IMG/VR virus record: IMGVR_UViG_3300046660_000488
Span: 496,001 to 560,000 of that record
Strand: one strand, 5' to 3'
DNA length: 64,000 nt
A program made the position numbers and the translations under genes. Shown piece by piece: positions 25,497-36,190 of this stretch; the first letter of the stretch is position 1, and each line of letters starts with the position of its first letter. The notes beneath the pieces are model-generated. The model was not told the origin of the DNA. It did no database searches and saw only the letters and a program-made list of their open reading frames with translations.

Positions 25497-25886
25497 ATGG
25501 ATCGTGAAGCCAAACTCGCTGAACTCATTGATCGCGTCAAGGATTTGCCGGACAAGGCGACCACGCGCGGATACACCTCATATCTGATCATCGTTCCCCA
25601 TCATGACATGGCGGGCGACGTATCGATGGCCGTCTCTGAAGAATTCAGGGAATTTGGATACGGCGTTGACAAGGTGACGAAGTCTGAAGTTCGTGGAGAC
25701 GAGTTTAGGGTCCTCGTGCGGCCCATCAGTGCTGCTGCGACGAACATCCACAACTTGACCTTCCACGTGTTCTGCATTCCGGGTGATGACGGACTGACGG
25801 GTCATCAGAAGCAAACATTGCAGAAGATGCTTGAAGCGTTCAGCTACAAGGCACTGGAAACTGCTGATCTCCGCATCGTCTACTGA
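25497..25886 (+). CDS. hypothetical protein
   Basis: TAAATA 25486-25491, 5 nt before ATG. Confidence 0.6.
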   Translation: MDREAKLAELIDRVKDLPDKATTRGYTSYLIIVPHHDMAGDVSMAVSEEFREFGYGVDKVTKSEVRGDEFRVLVRPISAAATNIHNLTFHVFCIPGDDGLTGHQKQTLQKMLEAFSYKALETADLRIVY

Positions 25887-25941
25887 ATCTCGTTGACGAG
25901 ATCGAAAATGTGTGCATAGTGCGATCCGAACAGGAGGCACT

Positions 25942-26157
25942 ATGGAAACTTGGGTTCTCGTAATCGTCGTGTGGATGTCGCCGAGCTTTAGCCATAGCGG
26001 TGGTTCTGGCGCGCTGGCGATCACCAACGTCCCCGGCTATGCGTCGTGGGACGAGTGCAATCGCGCGGCTGGCACGGTCTCCAAGAGCGGCGGAGAAACC
26101 AAGGGCTACTGCGTCCCCGGTCCCAAGACCATCGTCGTCAAGCCGAAGGGCAAGTGA
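25942..26157 (+). CDS. small secreted/membrane protein
   Basis: AGGAGG SD; hydrophobic N-terminus; Cys pair. Confidence 0.65.
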   Translation: METWVLVIVVWMSPSFSHSGGSGALAITNVPGYASWDECNRAAGTVSKSGGETKGYCVPGPKTIVVKPKGK

Positions 26158-27125
26158 TGCACCCGACCCGCGACCGTCTCATCAAGATCATCGAGCGCAC
26201 CGAGAACGAGATCGGCTCCGACGCGGCGGCCGACGAAATCCTCGCGCTGCTGCGTGAGCCGCCCAGAAACCACATGGACGTGGTCTGGCCGGACGAGGAC
26301 GAACTGAACGTTCGCCGGACCATGCTCATGGCCGACGTCGTCGCCTTCATCGCGCCCGAGGCGCGCAAGGATGGCAACGGCGGGTACGCGCCCTGCGACG
26401 ATGCTGACATCCGGGCGCTGAACGCGCTCATCCGCGAAATCATCGACATGCGCTTCGTTCGAGACAGCGACCGTGGACAGGTCGTGGATTTCGCCACGGT
26501 CAACCGTCTCGAAAATCGCCTCCACACCTTCTACGAACCCCACTCGCCGGACATGCGGGACGAAGCCTCGCCTTCGGAGCGCACCGTCTACGCCATGCAG
26601 ATCGCCACGGTCGCTGGGCTGATGGCCGCCGAGACCGGCCGCATGCTGAACCAACTGGGTCGTCGCATGCAGTTTCAAATCGAGGCCGACGACAAGAAAG
26701 CCTTGCAGGACGCCGAAGCTCGCCGCGACATGGAGGCGGCTGAGCTTTTCGTCTCGCTGGTCTCGACCCGGCCGTTCCACCAATCGCTCTCCGACTATCG
26801 GTCGGCGGCGGCCGAGCTAGGCCCTCGCAACGAGGCGGTGAAGCTGATGCGCGACGCGCTGGCCAAGTCGATCCTGCCGGACACCGAGAACGCGGCCATC
26901 CACATCGACCGCTTGATCGACGAGAACAAGATGGACGAAGCCATCGCCGCTCTGGAGGATGGTTTCGACAAATGGTTCCGTGGCGCCTTCTCAGAGCAGC
27001 GTGAGCGCATCAACACCTACTATCGCGGACTTCGTGAGCGGGCGCGTCGCGCCAAGCTCCCGGCTGATCCGGCGTGGCAGATTTTCATTTCGCCGCAGGA
27101 ACCCACGGGAGACCAGTATGCGTGA
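26157..27125 (+). CDS. hypothetical protein
   Basis: TGATG coupling; codon bias. Confidence 0.7.
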   Translation: MHPTRDRLIKIIERTENEIGSDAAADEILALLREPPRNHMDVVWPDEDELNVRRTMLMADVVAFIAPEARKDGNGGYAPCDDADIRALNALIREIIDMRFVRDSDRGQVVDFATVNRLENRLHTFYEPHSPDMRDEASPSERTVYAMQIATVAGLMAAETGRMLNQLGRRMQFQIEADDKKALQDAEARRDMEAAELFVSLVSTRPFHQSLSDYRSAAAELGPRNEAVKLMRDALAKSILPDTENAAIHIDRLIDENKMDEAIAALEDGFDKWFRGAFSEQRERINTYYRGLRERARRAKLPADPAWQIFISPQEPTGDQYA

Positions 27126-27471
27126 CACCGTCCGGATCGTCACCACCAACAAGGTGCTGTTCGATTTCGCCCAGAAATTCCAGACTGAGCATCGCAGCGC
27201 GGCGCTGGGCGACCATGTCTTCCTGATTCTGAAGGGTCTGATCATGACCGGGATCGAGGACGCCATGAAGATGGCCGACAAATGCGGCTGGACGGGCGTC
27301 GAGTTGGTTTCGGCCAGCAGCAACCGCCTGATCGAGGTCGCCAAGGAAGGCGACCCCAAGCGCAACATCGGCTCGATGACCTTCCAGCGACGCGACGAGG
27401 ACCAACCTCAGCGCATGATCGCCGTCAATTTCTACGAGGACCACACCCTGTCATGCACGCTTCTGGGATGA
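27118..27471 (+). CDS. hypothetical protein
   Basis: GGGAG SD; overlapping coupling. Confidence 0.65.
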   Translation: MRDTVRIVTTNKVLFDFAQKFQTEHRSAALGDHVFLILKGLIMTGIEDAMKMADKCGWTGVELVSASSNRLIEVAKEGDPKRNIGSMTFQRRDEDQPQRMIAVNFYEDHTLSCTLLG

Positions 27472-27968
27472 CGCCGCTCGACATCGAATTGGCCAAGCTC
27501 GCCGAGCACAAGGCCATCGGCTGGGACTTCGACAAGACACTCGTCAACAGCGAGGCGTCGGAAATCCTGCATCGCTTCATCTTGGATCACCCCGAGATCG
27601 AGCACCACATCGTCACGTTCCGCTCGCACGGCTTGCAGCACAACGTCTGGGTCGAGCTTGAGCAATACGCGGACGCGCCGGGTCGCGGCCATTTCAAGGG
27701 CGTCGTCAACATCGACGACCACCGCTGGGAAGCGTGGAACGACGCCGTGCGGCGCCGGACGCCGGGTGGTGGCCTGAGCGGGCCGATGAGCGACGCAGAG
27801 GTCTTCTACTGCTCGTGGAAAGGTCAGGTCTGCAAAGACCTTGGCCTGACCCTGCTGGTCGATGATGACCCGTCGTGCGTCACCTTGGGCTGCGAGGCCC
27901 ACGGAATCGCCTTCTATGACCCGGACAGCCTTATCCGGGCAGTCCGACGTGGTCCAGCACCCACATAA
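27468..27968 (+). CDS. HAD-superfamily phosphatase
   Basis: WDFDKTL (DxDxT), IVT, K, LLVDDD motifs. Confidence 0.75.
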   Translation: MTPLDIELAKLAEHKAIGWDFDKTLVNSEASEILHRFILDHPEIEHHIVTFRSHGLQHNVWVELEQYADAPGRGHFKGVVNIDDHRWEAWNDAVRRRTPGGGLSGPMSDAEVFYCSWKGQVCKDLGLTLLVDDDPSCVTLGCEAHGIAFYDPDSLIRAVRRGPAPT

Positions 27969-28159
27969 CGCCGATGCTGGACACGATCATAATGACCGTG
28001 ACGCACCATGCGAACAGCATGCCGCGCGCGGGCGATAGCGGATCGGGGTTCACCCATTCCTCAGAATTCCAGTCGTTCACTGGCATCTTATCGTCTTGAT
28101 CTTCCACAACGTGTTCCTCCCACGTAGTGATTTATTTTGGTTAACCAAATTGTCGCTTA

Positions 28160-28417
28160 TTATTCCCACCAGCGCAATTTGAAATGGACCACGTGCTGCG
28201 GTTTTTTGAATGCGAACACGAGCCATTCGCCGCCGGAATTGATGTAGGTCCAGTCGGCCTGCGGGGTGTACTCGGCCATCCAGACGGTCAAATCCTCGGC
28301 CAGCTTGTCCTTCGGCATCAACTCGTCGCGGTGCTTGATCGCGATGACCAGTTCAGGGTCTCTGCCCTGCGTCACGAACTGGTAGCTCGGGTGCTTCTTG
28401 AGATCGGTGGCGTTCAT
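28160..28417 (-). CDS. hypothetical protein (FKLRW C-terminus)
   Basis: Coupled ORF. Confidence 0.6.
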   Translation of the reverse strand: MNATDLKKHPSYQFVTQGRDPELVIAIKHRDELMPKDKLAEDLTVWMAEYTPQADWTYINSGGEWLVFAFKKPQHVVHFKLRWWE

Positions 28418-28902
28418 CCGATGGCGTCCGCCATCATCAGGCCCATCATCAGCATAGAATCTGACGAGGCGTGGATCGTGAACCGGTGGTCAAGATGGTG
28501 TCCGGGGATGATCGTGATCAGGTGGTTCCCCAGCGTGTATGAGACGACTGGAGGCTTGTTGGTGTTGGGGTAATACGCCGGGTAGAGCGAGGCGACGAAC
28601 CGCTCGCCTTGGCTGCTCTTAATCTCAACGAAACGGCTGAAGCGACCGGCCACGTCCTCGACGCGGATGCTCCAGCGATAGCTCCCATGATCGCCATATT
28701 GGACGAGGTGTCGGCGACTTGAGGCCTCGAAGCACATTTCGTAAAAAGCTCGCCAGACTCCGACCTGAACCGAACCGGCGAGCATGTCGCCTTCGATCTC
28801 GTCGCGGCTGACGAAGAGCTTGAGGCCCGCCGTGGCGCGTTTGCGCTTGCGGGCGCCGAGCGAAAATGGCTCGGCGACTTCGGGAACAGAATCGAACGCC
28901 AT
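28414..28902 (-). CDS. hypothetical protein
   Basis: Clean ORF. Confidence 0.55.
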   Translation of the reverse strand: MAFDSVPEVAEPFSLGARKRKRATAGLKLFVSRDEIEGDMLAGSVQVGVWRAFYEMCFEASSRRHLVQYGDHGSYRWSIRVEDVAGRFSRFVEIKSSQGERFVASLYPAYYPNTNKPPVVSYTLGNHLITIIPGHHLDHRFTIHASSDSMLMMGLMMADAIG

Positions 28903-28980
28903 GATACCAGTCTGAAATGGATCGACGCCTAAATTCAGCAGCGTCCAGATCAGATTAGCACATGGTTTACGAGACGGAAA

Positions 28981-29235
28981 TTATTCCGTGATCTCGACGA
29001 GACGAAAAGCGACGGCCTCGCAGGGGAACTTTTCCTTGGCGGCTTGCTTCTCGGCCTCTTCCTCGACGATCCACAGACGGTCGAAGCGATGACCCCAGCG
29101 GTCTTCGTCGGTGTGCGTGTTGTGGGCGTTGAAGATTTGCTTGAAACGGCCGTCGCCGATCCGACGCACTTTCCACACCCGCGACGGATCGTCGGGTGTG
29201 GTGATGTGGCGAGTGTTCTCGTAGACGTAGGTCAT
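28981..29235 (-). CDS. hypothetical protein
   Basis: TGATG coupling. Confidence 0.6.
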   Translation of the reverse strand: MTYVYENTRHITTPDDPSRVWKVRRIGDGRFKQIFNAHNTHTDEDRWGHRFDRLWIVEEEAEKQAAKEKFPCEAVAFRLVEITE

Positions 29236-29948
29236 CAGGCGACTTTCGCGGCGTCTTCGGCTTCTCGTTCGGCGCGGCGCGCCGCTCGATAGTCGTTGAT
29301 GATCTTCTCGACGCTCGCATAGACGGACGGATCACCGTCCTTCAGGTGCGGCAGGAGATCACGCTTCTCCGGAACGTAGCGCTGGGCGAAATCCGGATCG
29401 TCGTTGATGATCGAATCCAAGTTGTCCTCGGAATCGACCAGCTTGATCGTCTGGACTTCGGCTGGCTGCGCGGCCGTGTGATCGCGGTTCAGCGCCATCC
29501 GGACCTTGCGGTTTCCATCCCACGGCATGGCGACGTCGGTCAGGCCGTCCACGTACAGAGCGACCAGATCGCCGAATTCCTGACGGATCAACTCGATGGT
29601 GATGCCGGGGACCATGTACAGAACGATGTCACCAGCCTTGAAGGCCGGGCGAGAACAGAATTCGCCGGTCTTGACGATGACCTCGCCATTACCATCAACG
29701 AATTTTCGAGTGTCCTCGACGGTGTCATGCAGCAGGGCTGCGACAACCATTTCGACGGTGGCGCCGGGCAGTGCGGCGATCCGCAGGGCCAGACGGCGCG
29801 GGTGGACGATATACGGCTCGTCCGTATACCTACGCCGCTGACCGACAGCAGCGTGCGCGACCATGGCGAACAGGTCGGCCTTCACGATTAAAGGATGGTT
29901 CATATCTATCATGCCGCGCATTATGCGGCATGGATACAATTTCGTCAA
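29235..29948 (-). CDS. HD-domain hydrolase, SpoT/Mesh1-like (small alarmone hydrolase type)
   Basis: AH..QRRR..EPYIVHP, AALLHDTVED, IKLVD..DN; true start probably a downstream ATG. Confidence 0.82.
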   Translation of the reverse strand: MTKLYPCRIMRGMIDMNHPLIVKADLFAMVAHAAVGQRRRYTDEPYIVHPRRLALRIAALPGATVEMVVAALLHDTVEDTRKFVDGNGEVIVKTGEFCSRPAFKAGDIVLYMVPGITIELIRQEFGDLVALYVDGLTDVAMPWDGNRKVRMALNRDHTAAQPAEVQTIKLVDSEDNLDSIINDDPDFAQRYVPEKRDLLPHLKDGDPSVYASVEKIINDYRAARRAEREAEDAAKVA

Positions 29949-29951
29949 CCA

Positions 29952-30677
29952 CTATTCCTTGAGCAAGCGGCCCAAGGTCAACACCCTGTCAAGTACTACT
30001 TGGTTCTGATAGTGGATTCCGCGTCTATAAAACTTCCTGCCCTCGTGCATCATATAGGCAGTCACGTAGCCTTCCTCGCAATAGGCGAAGTAGAGTTTGA
30101 CGTTGAATCTCTCGATCTGGATGTTCGGCAACACCACGGCGTGCATACCGAACCGGTTCTCATAACCGATGGTGAACGGTTGGTTTCGAACCAAGGCCAT
30201 GCACGGTTCGAAGAACGATCCGAGAGCCATGTCCCAAGTCGTGTTGAAGTCTTTGCTGTATTCGGGGAGACCTTTGGCGTAGGCCATAATCTTCACAACG
30301 TCATGATAGTAGGCGTCGATGTTGGCGTGCTTCGACAGGTCTTCTCTTGACGGTGAACTTCGCGGCATATACCACCCGAATTGGTCACTGCCTATCGGGT
30401 TGTGCTGCACCTTGCAGTTGCCAAGATAGCCGGGCGTTCTGGCTGCGACCGGCGGGAACGGACGGGCCAGAAGGCCGTAGTCGTCCAGAACCCAGTCAAG
30501 TTTGTGTCGATCTTCCTTGCGCGTCTGGCGAGTGAAAGACGGCTCGGGCTTTTCCGGCCATTTCCATTCGCAGATGTACAGGCGCTGGAATTCCTCAAGG
30601 CTCAGAGGTTGTCGAATCTGCTCATGCCAGTCGGCGAGCATCTTTTCAGCTTTTTCGAAAACGCCTTTGGCACTCAT
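29952..30677 (-). CDS. hypothetical protein
   Basis: Clean ORF. Confidence 0.55.
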   Translation of the reverse strand: MSAKGVFEKAEKMLADWHEQIRQPLSLEEFQRLYICEWKWPEKPEPSFTRQTRKEDRHKLDWVLDDYGLLARPFPPVAARTPGYLGNCKVQHNPIGSDQFGWYMPRSSPSREDLSKHANIDAYYHDVVKIMAYAKGLPEYSKDFNTTWDMALGSFFEPCMALVRNQPFTIGYENRFGMHAVVLPNIQIERFNVKLYFAYCEEGYVTAYMMHEGRKFYRRGIHYQNQVVLDRVLTLGRLLKE

Positions 30678-30715
30678 CCGTTTGGTTTACCAAACGTTGA
30701 CGGTGCGGGGCAACC

Positions 30716-31081
30716 CTAAATGTAGACGGCCGACATGATCCGGTCATGGCGCCGGGCGACCGTCAGCACGGTCTTATAGCCACGCAGCATGCCATCGCGG
30801 ACTTGTGGGTTCATCCCGCCGCCTTGGAGCAGGCCGGAGACGTCGCGCACGGCGTCCTCGACGTCCTTCAGCTTGGTGGCCCCGTGGATCGAGTTGCGGA
30901 CGGTCTGGTAGGCGGCCAGCGCGCCGACGATGTCGCCCAGACGGTTCATCGAGCCGACGTCGCTCAGGGCTTCGAACGAGTTGCGATTGATCGCCTCGAC
31001 GAATTGCTGCTGGCGCCCACGCTCGGACGCGATCAGGGAGTCCAGTTCGTTTCGAAATCGGCCAATGAACGTGTCAGACAT
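30716..31081 (-). CDS. hypothetical protein
   Basis: Coupled minus-strand run. Confidence 0.6.
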   Translation of the reverse strand: MSDTFIGRFRNELDSLIASERGRQQQFVEAINRNSFEALSDVGSMNRLGDIVGALAAYQTVRNSIHGATKLKDVEDAVRDVSGLLQGGGMNPQVRDGMLRGYKTVLTVARRHDRIMSAVYI

Positions 31082-31394
31082 AGAGCACCACGATCTTGCC
31101 CGCTTTCGCGAACATGTTGAAGTTGCATTCCCCCTTGGTGCAGATGGCCTCGCGGACCTTCCTGCGTTTGCCGACGCCCTTCAGCAGGGCGCGGGCCAGA
31201 GCCAGAGCAGTTTCGTCCATGGCCGGGATCATCGTGTAGAACGACGCCTTGCGCGGGACGACCTTGATCCGGCCTGCGTACGGATTGACCTCGCCATCCT
31301 CGTAATAGTCCGGCACGTCCATGCGGTCGTACTCAGCGTAGAGTTCGCTGACCGGCATGATCTGGACGTTGGTCAACCCGTTCTGGACGCTCAT
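31074..31394 (-). CDS. hypothetical protein
   Basis: Coupled minus-strand run. Confidence 0.6.
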   Translation of the reverse strand: MSVQNGLTNVQIMPVSELYAEYDRMDVPDYYEDGEVNPYAGRIKVVPRKASFYTMIPAMDETALALARALLKGVGKRRKVREAICTKGECNFNMFAKAGKIVVLYV

Positions 31395-31810
31395 GCGGGC
31401 TCACCGAAGAGCCGGGCGGCCCACGACGCCAGCCCGGTCGCGGCGACCTTCGGCGGCTGGTGCAGGACGACCTCGCGGCGGCTGCGCGCCAGACGGCGGG
31501 GCCACTCTTCGAGGATCACGTAGACGCCGTTCTCAAAGCGCGCCAGCGTCCAGCCGTCCTCGATAGGCGGTCGGTCGGTGGGGCAATGGACGATCTGTCC
31601 CTTCGGAAGCTGGTTCCGGTATTTCTTGTTGCGGAAATTCCAGTGGTCGGAAACCCGAAGGCTTCCTTCCGGGGTGTGACCCCACGTTTTGTCGGGCGTG
31701 TCGTACAGCGAACTGCCGAAGGGGCTCGGGAACACGACCTTCCATTCGGCCGCGATCTTGTCGGCAAGCTCGGAAGGCATGGTGCTCGGCTGTAGGAACG
31801 ATGTCGGCAA
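31391..31810 (-). CDS. hypothetical protein (SLRVSDHWNF motif)
   Basis: GGAG SD; coupled. Confidence 0.65.
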   Translation of the reverse strand: MPTSFLQPSTMPSELADKIAAEWKVVFPSPFGSSLYDTPDKTWGHTPEGSLRVSDHWNFRNKKYRNQLPKGQIVHCPTDRPPIEDGWTLARFENGVYVILEEWPRRLARSRREVVLHQPPKVAATGLASWAARLFGEPA

Positions 31811-31851
31811 AGCGGGTCTCCACTAATTGTGGAGCGCACTATACATGAAGC

Positions 31852-32244
31852 TCAAGCACAGTCAACGTACTTTTCAAGCAAACCGTAGCGACGAGGGCGA
31901 TCCCAATTTGGGTCATGCTCTTTCGCGCGAGTTTCCGAGATCGCGGTGAACGGCTCTTGCTTCTCGACGTAGCAAAAGCCGTCGCCGGTGTGCTGCACCA
32001 TTGGTGCGAACGGGCGACGCTTGCGCTGTTCAACCGGCGCCCAGCCAACGAACAATCCGTCAAAGCCTTTGCCGTTGATCTGGAGATACCATCGACCAGC
32101 CCCGACGACGCCGACCTGCTCGTAATAGGCCGTGACCGTGGACAGGTACGGCTCGTCGTACTTGCCCCGAACCTCGACCAACACCAGAACCGGCCGCCCA
32201 TCCGTGGGGACGGTCTTGGGGTCTCGCCACTTGATGCGGGTCAT
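31852..32244 (-). CDS. hypothetical protein
   Basis: TGATG coupling. Confidence 0.6.
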   Translation of the reverse strand: MTRIKWRDPKTVPTDGRPVLVLVEVRGKYDEPYLSTVTAYYEQVGVVGAGRWYLQINGKGFDGLFVGWAPVEQRKRRPFAPMVQHTGDGFCYVEKQEPFTAISETRAKEHDPNWDRPRRYGLLEKYVDCA

Positions 32245-32486
32245 CAGCTAATCCTCACCGGCTTGCCGAAGAAAGGGTTGCGCGGGCTCATCAGGCTGAA
32301 CTGGTTGCGCTTGTCGGCGAAGTTGGCCGCCACGATCTCGTTCTCGGCCTCGTCCCAGCCAGCTTCCCAGAATTGCAGGAAGTACGCCCGCCGGTAGATG
32401 CGGGCACCCATGAAGCGTTCCTTGCCCTCACGCCGCGCGTGATAGCCCTTGTTCTGGATCGCCCACGTGACCTTGTTGTGCCGCAT
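32244..32486 (-). CDS. hypothetical protein
   Basis: TGATG coupling. Confidence 0.6.
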   Translation of the reverse strand: MRHNKVTWAIQNKGYHARREGKERFMGARIYRRAYFLQFWEAGWDEAENEIVAANFADKRNQFSLMSPRNPFFGKPVRIS

Positions 32487-32776
32487 CAGGCGGCGATGGG
32501 CTGGGTCTTCAGCAGCTTGGCGCGGTAGCGCTCGATCAGGCCCCAGTCGCGGGCGCGGATCGGCGTGTCGTACTCGGCCATGAAGCGCTGGTGGTCGTTG
32601 CCGTTCAGGCCGACCTTACCCGGCCCGATGTTGCGATGATGGGCGTCCATGGCGGCTTCGCGCAGGTCGTGATCGCCAGCGGCAAAGCGTTGGATGATGT
32701 CAAGGTCTTCCTGCGGCATCGTCGCCAGCACGGACGTGGCCTTAGCGGGAATCAGGCTCTTCAAAAGCGTAAGCAT
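32486..32776 (-). CDS. hypothetical protein
   Basis: AGGAGG SD. Confidence 0.65.
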   Translation of the reverse strand: MLTLLKSLIPAKATSVLATMPQEDLDIIQRFAAGDHDLREAAMDAHHRNIGPGKVGLNGNDHQRFMAEYDTPIRARDWGLIERYRAKLLKTQPIAA

Positions 32777-32841
32777 GTGGGCCTCCTATTTTCGAATACC
32801 AAAATAGCCGGTCACGCGCCTTCACGCAACCGTCGTCAAAA

Positions 32842-33159
32842 TCAGTCGATGCTGCGGTCGCGGTCGCGCCACGCTTCGACCTTGGACATCAGGTCGGCGT
32901 CCAGCGGAAAGGGCTTCTGCCGCTCTTCCACCAAGGCGAGGAAATCAGCGGCGTCCTTCGTGTTCACGAGGATGTTCAGGTGGCGAATCTCGAAGCACAC
33001 CCGAGCGAAACCGACGCCGCACGGGCTGTTGGTGATGATCTGCTCCCAGCGTTTTCCTTTCCAGAAAAACTCGTCGATGGTTTTCGCCATTACGTCGGCG
33101 CCGTCACCCGAATAGTAGAGATCGAGGTATTGGACCGTGTCGTTGAAGCGAACTTGCAT
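32842..33159 (-). CDS. hypothetical protein
   Basis: AGGAG SD. Confidence 0.6.
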   Translation of the reverse strand: MQVRFNDTVQYLDLYYSGDGADVMAKTIDEFFWKGKRWEQIITNSPCGVGFARVCFEIRHLNILVNTKDAADFLALVEERQKPFPLDADLMSKVEAWRDRDRSID

Positions 33160-33407
33160 CTGTGCTGGTGCTCCTAAGAATTGATCGGACGCACACTATA
33201 GGACGGAAGTTCAATCTCGTCCACCAAAAAATTGACGGAAATTGTCCCAGTAGCGCCCTATGGGTCCGTACTGTGCCAGTTCGCGCCGAATTTCCGGCTG
33301 CATTTCGGCTAAATACATTGAAATCACTCAGCATTTTCTGAGTGGTTAACGAAATATTGCCCTGCTGGCCTCGGGTTCCGTACGCTGGCTCTCATACTTG
33401 AAGCATT

Positions 33408-34904
33408 TTGATCATGAAGTCTTGGACGCTCAAAATTCTCGACGAAGTCAATATCAAATTTGACGGGCTCGAACCCCATACTCGCCGAGAGATCGTCAAT
33501 GCGTGCAAGTTCTTCATGCCGCACGCTGCGTTCTCGGAGGCGTACAAGCTAAAGCGTTGGGACGGCATGGCGAACTTCGCCACGCCCGGCGGCGGCTCGT
33601 TCATGAACATGCTGGACCGTATCCAGCCGATCCTGTGGCGTCACGGCTATTCCCCCGATCACATGGTGATCGAGGACGCCCGGAAACACTGGAACTTCCA
33701 GTGGCCGGAAGTCAAGGAAGACATGCTGGCCCACAAGGTTTGGCCGGAAGGTCACCCGGCTGAGGGTGAGCCGGTCATGCTGCGCGACTATCAGGTCGAG
33801 GTGATCGAGCGCTATCTGAAGAACCCGGCGTCGATCCAGTCGATTTCCACGGGCGCGGGCAAGACGCTGATCACGGCCGCCCTGTCGGCCACGGTCGAGC
33901 GGTACGGCCGGTCCATCGTCATCGTGCCGTCCATCGACCTCGTGTCGCAGACCGAAGAAGACTACATCAACCTCGGGCTCGACGTCGGCGTGTTCTGCGG
34001 CGCGCGCAAGGAATGGAACCGCACGCACACGATCTGCACGTGGCAGTCGCTGGGCGCCTTCAGCAAGCGCGACCGCAATGGCGTGAGCGAAGCTGGCTGC
34101 ACGCTGGAGGAATTCCTGTCCGGCGTCGTCTGCGTGATGGTGGACGAAGTTCACTCGGCCAAGGCCGACGTCCTGCACAAGATGCTGACCGGTCCCATGG
34201 CCAACATCCCCCTGCGCTGGGGCCTGACCGGCACGATTCCGAAGAAGGAATTCGAGTACATGTCGATCCTGTGCTCGCTGGGTCCGTGTGTGGGTTCGAT
34301 CACGGCGCGCGAGCTTATCAATCGCGGCGTGCTGTCGGAACTGTTCATCGACATCCTTCAGCTTCAGGAAGGCGATCTCGAATTCAAGACGTTCGCTGAC
34401 GAGTACAAGCACACCACCACGAACGCGCATCGGATGAAATTCCTCGCGACCTATTGCGAGGCCATCGCGCAGACCGGCAACACCCTGATCCTCGTGGATC
34501 GCATCGAGAGCGGCCGGGCTCTGCTCGAAGCCTTGGGTCCTGAGCGTGCGGTGTTCATTTCCGGCAAGGTCAAGTCGAAGGATCGCAAGAAGGAATACAA
34601 GGAAGTTCAGGGGGCCGATGGGAAGATCATCATCGCCACCTACGGCGTCGCGGCCGTGGGCATCAACATCCCCCGCATCTTCAACCTCGTGCTGCTCGAA
34701 GCTGGCAAGTCGTTCGTCCGCACGATCCAGTCGATTGGTCGTGGCATCCGTACCGCCAAGGACAAGGACTTCGTCCACGTCTACGACGTCACGTCGAACC
34801 TGAAGCACAGCAAGAAACACCTCGCCGAGCGCAAGGGCTTCTACAAGGAAGCCGAATACGCCCACCGCATCACGAAGCTCGAATACCGGAACCTCGTGCT
34901 ATGA
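33408..34904 (+). CDS. uvsW: UvsW-like SF2 DNA helicase
   Basis: LRDYQ, STGAGKT, DEVH, GLTGT, QSIGRGIR; YKLKRWDG. Confidence 0.92.
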   Translation: MIMKSWTLKILDEVNIKFDGLEPHTRREIVNACKFFMPHAAFSEAYKLKRWDGMANFATPGGGSFMNMLDRIQPILWRHGYSPDHMVIEDARKHWNFQWPEVKEDMLAHKVWPEGHPAEGEPVMLRDYQVEVIERYLKNPASIQSISTGAGKTLITAALSATVERYGRSIVIVPSIDLVSQTEEDYINLGLDVGVFCGARKEWNRTHTICTWQSLGAFSKRDRNGVSEAGCTLEEFLSGVVCVMVDEVHSAKADVLHKMLTGPMANIPLRWGLTGTIPKKEFEYMSILCSLGPCVGSITARELINRGVLSELFIDILQLQEGDLEFKTFADEYKHTTTNAHRMKFLATYCEAIAQTGNTLILVDRIESGRALLEALGPERAVFISGKVKSKDRKKEYKEVQGADGKIIIATYGVAAVGINIPRIFNLVLLEAGKSFVRTIQSIGRGIRTAKDKDFVHVYDVTSNLKHSKKHLAERKGFYKEAEYAHRITKLEYRNLVL

Positions 34905-35314
34905 AAACGTTCGATGCGCTGGACGAAGATCACAAGCGGTCAGCCATCCGGTTGGCCGCGATGATCCCTGACATGGTCGAGGCGTCCTTGTTGGTCCCCT
35001 ACCATTCCATCGGGATCGTCGTCGTCCACAACGAAATCCGCCGGTTGATCAACAAGATCATCCGTCAGGAACTGGCGAAATGGGGCGCGCTCGAAGAATA
35101 CAGCCCGTGGACCATCCGCGCCAAAAATGACTGCACCTTCCACGTCTCTCCGATCTCGGGCGTCGCCTACCGTGGTCGATCCATCAACAAGTTGTACCTG
35201 CCGCCGATGGACATCCTCGACACCAAGCGCCTCAACGAAATGAACTATTTCCTGTACGGCTTCATGCCGGTGATCATGAGTTGTCGTGACTGCGAAATCG
35301 TCTACAACTACTGA
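34901..35314 (+). CDS. hypothetical protein
   Basis: ATGA coupling. Confidence 0.6.
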   Translation: MKTFDALDEDHKRSAIRLAAMIPDMVEASLLVPYHSIGIVVVHNEIRRLINKIIRQELAKWGALEEYSPWTIRAKNDCTFHVSPISGVAYRGRSINKLYLPPMDILDTKRLNEMNYFLYGFMPVIMSCRDCEIVYNY

Positions 35315-35450
35315 TTCGTCTCAGAGAACAAGAATATTTCAAGTTATAGCGGCACTTTGCTTCTATACTACGGTAAATATTGTCTGAAATTCAATACGCT
35401 GTCATATTGACGGTAGTATTGGGGCAATGATGCTCACTTGAGGACTTGTT

Positions 35451-35954
35451 TTGAGAATTTTGACGCCTGAGAACGCGCCGTTCGAAATGAACGAAGTGCC
35501 GAACCAAGTGGATGATCTGCGGTACTGCGTGCTCGACTATTCGAACCAAGCGGATGTCGATTTCTATTTCATCCCCATGATCTTTCTGGACTCGTTCCCA
35601 CGTCCAGCGGCTGACCTGATGATCGGCTCCTACCGTATCCAGATGCCTCTGGATTGGTCCGTCGTGATCGCGGACCGCAACCTTGGGAACATGGAGATCA
35701 TCGAACTGAAGCATCTGAACGACCGCGACTTCGAAGCCTTCGTTCTAAACCCCATCAGTGGGTACGCGCCGGAGTGCTTGGCCATCGAAATGGTCAACGT
35801 GTTCCCAGACGTCAACTGGTATTTCCCGAAGCTGAAACGCGGCCACATCCTCGCCGTCCCCCTGTCCGAAAAACCCGGCGCGCCGTGCGCGTATTTCGTC
35901 AAGGACACCAACAAGCTTCCGGACGGCCTCGATATTTCGAAGGTCTTTGCATGA
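35451..35954 (+). CDS. hypothetical phage protein
   Basis: GAGGA SD before TTG; TAAATA 35374. Confidence 0.7.
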   Translation: MRILTPENAPFEMNEVPNQVDDLRYCVLDYSNQADVDFYFIPMIFLDSFPRPAADLMIGSYRIQMPLDWSVVIADRNLGNMEIIELKHLNDRDFEAFVLNPISGYAPECLAIEMVNVFPDVNWYFPKLKRGHILAVPLSEKPGAPCAYFVKDTNKLPDGLDISKVFA

Positions 35955-36190
35955 GCAGCGCGATCTACCAATCGCGGAGCGACGATCCTCGCATGGTGGC
36001 CGCCATCGCACAGATGAAAGTGCGGCGGGATGCGACCACTGACGTCGAAAAACGTCAGGAAATCGGGCGCCAGATCGACCTACTGGAAGACGGTCTCATC
36101 ATCTACCACCTTCTGCATGGGCCAAATCCCCCAAGCGAGGAAGAGTATTTGACAAAATACTACGCCGGTTTGGAGGACGGAACCGAATGA
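35951..36190 (+). CDS. hypothetical protein
   Basis: ATGA coupling. Confidence 0.55.
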   Translation: MSSAIYQSRSDDPRMVAAIAQMKVRRDATTDVEKRQEIGRQIDLLEDGLIIYHLLHGPNPPSEEEYLTKYYAGLEDGTE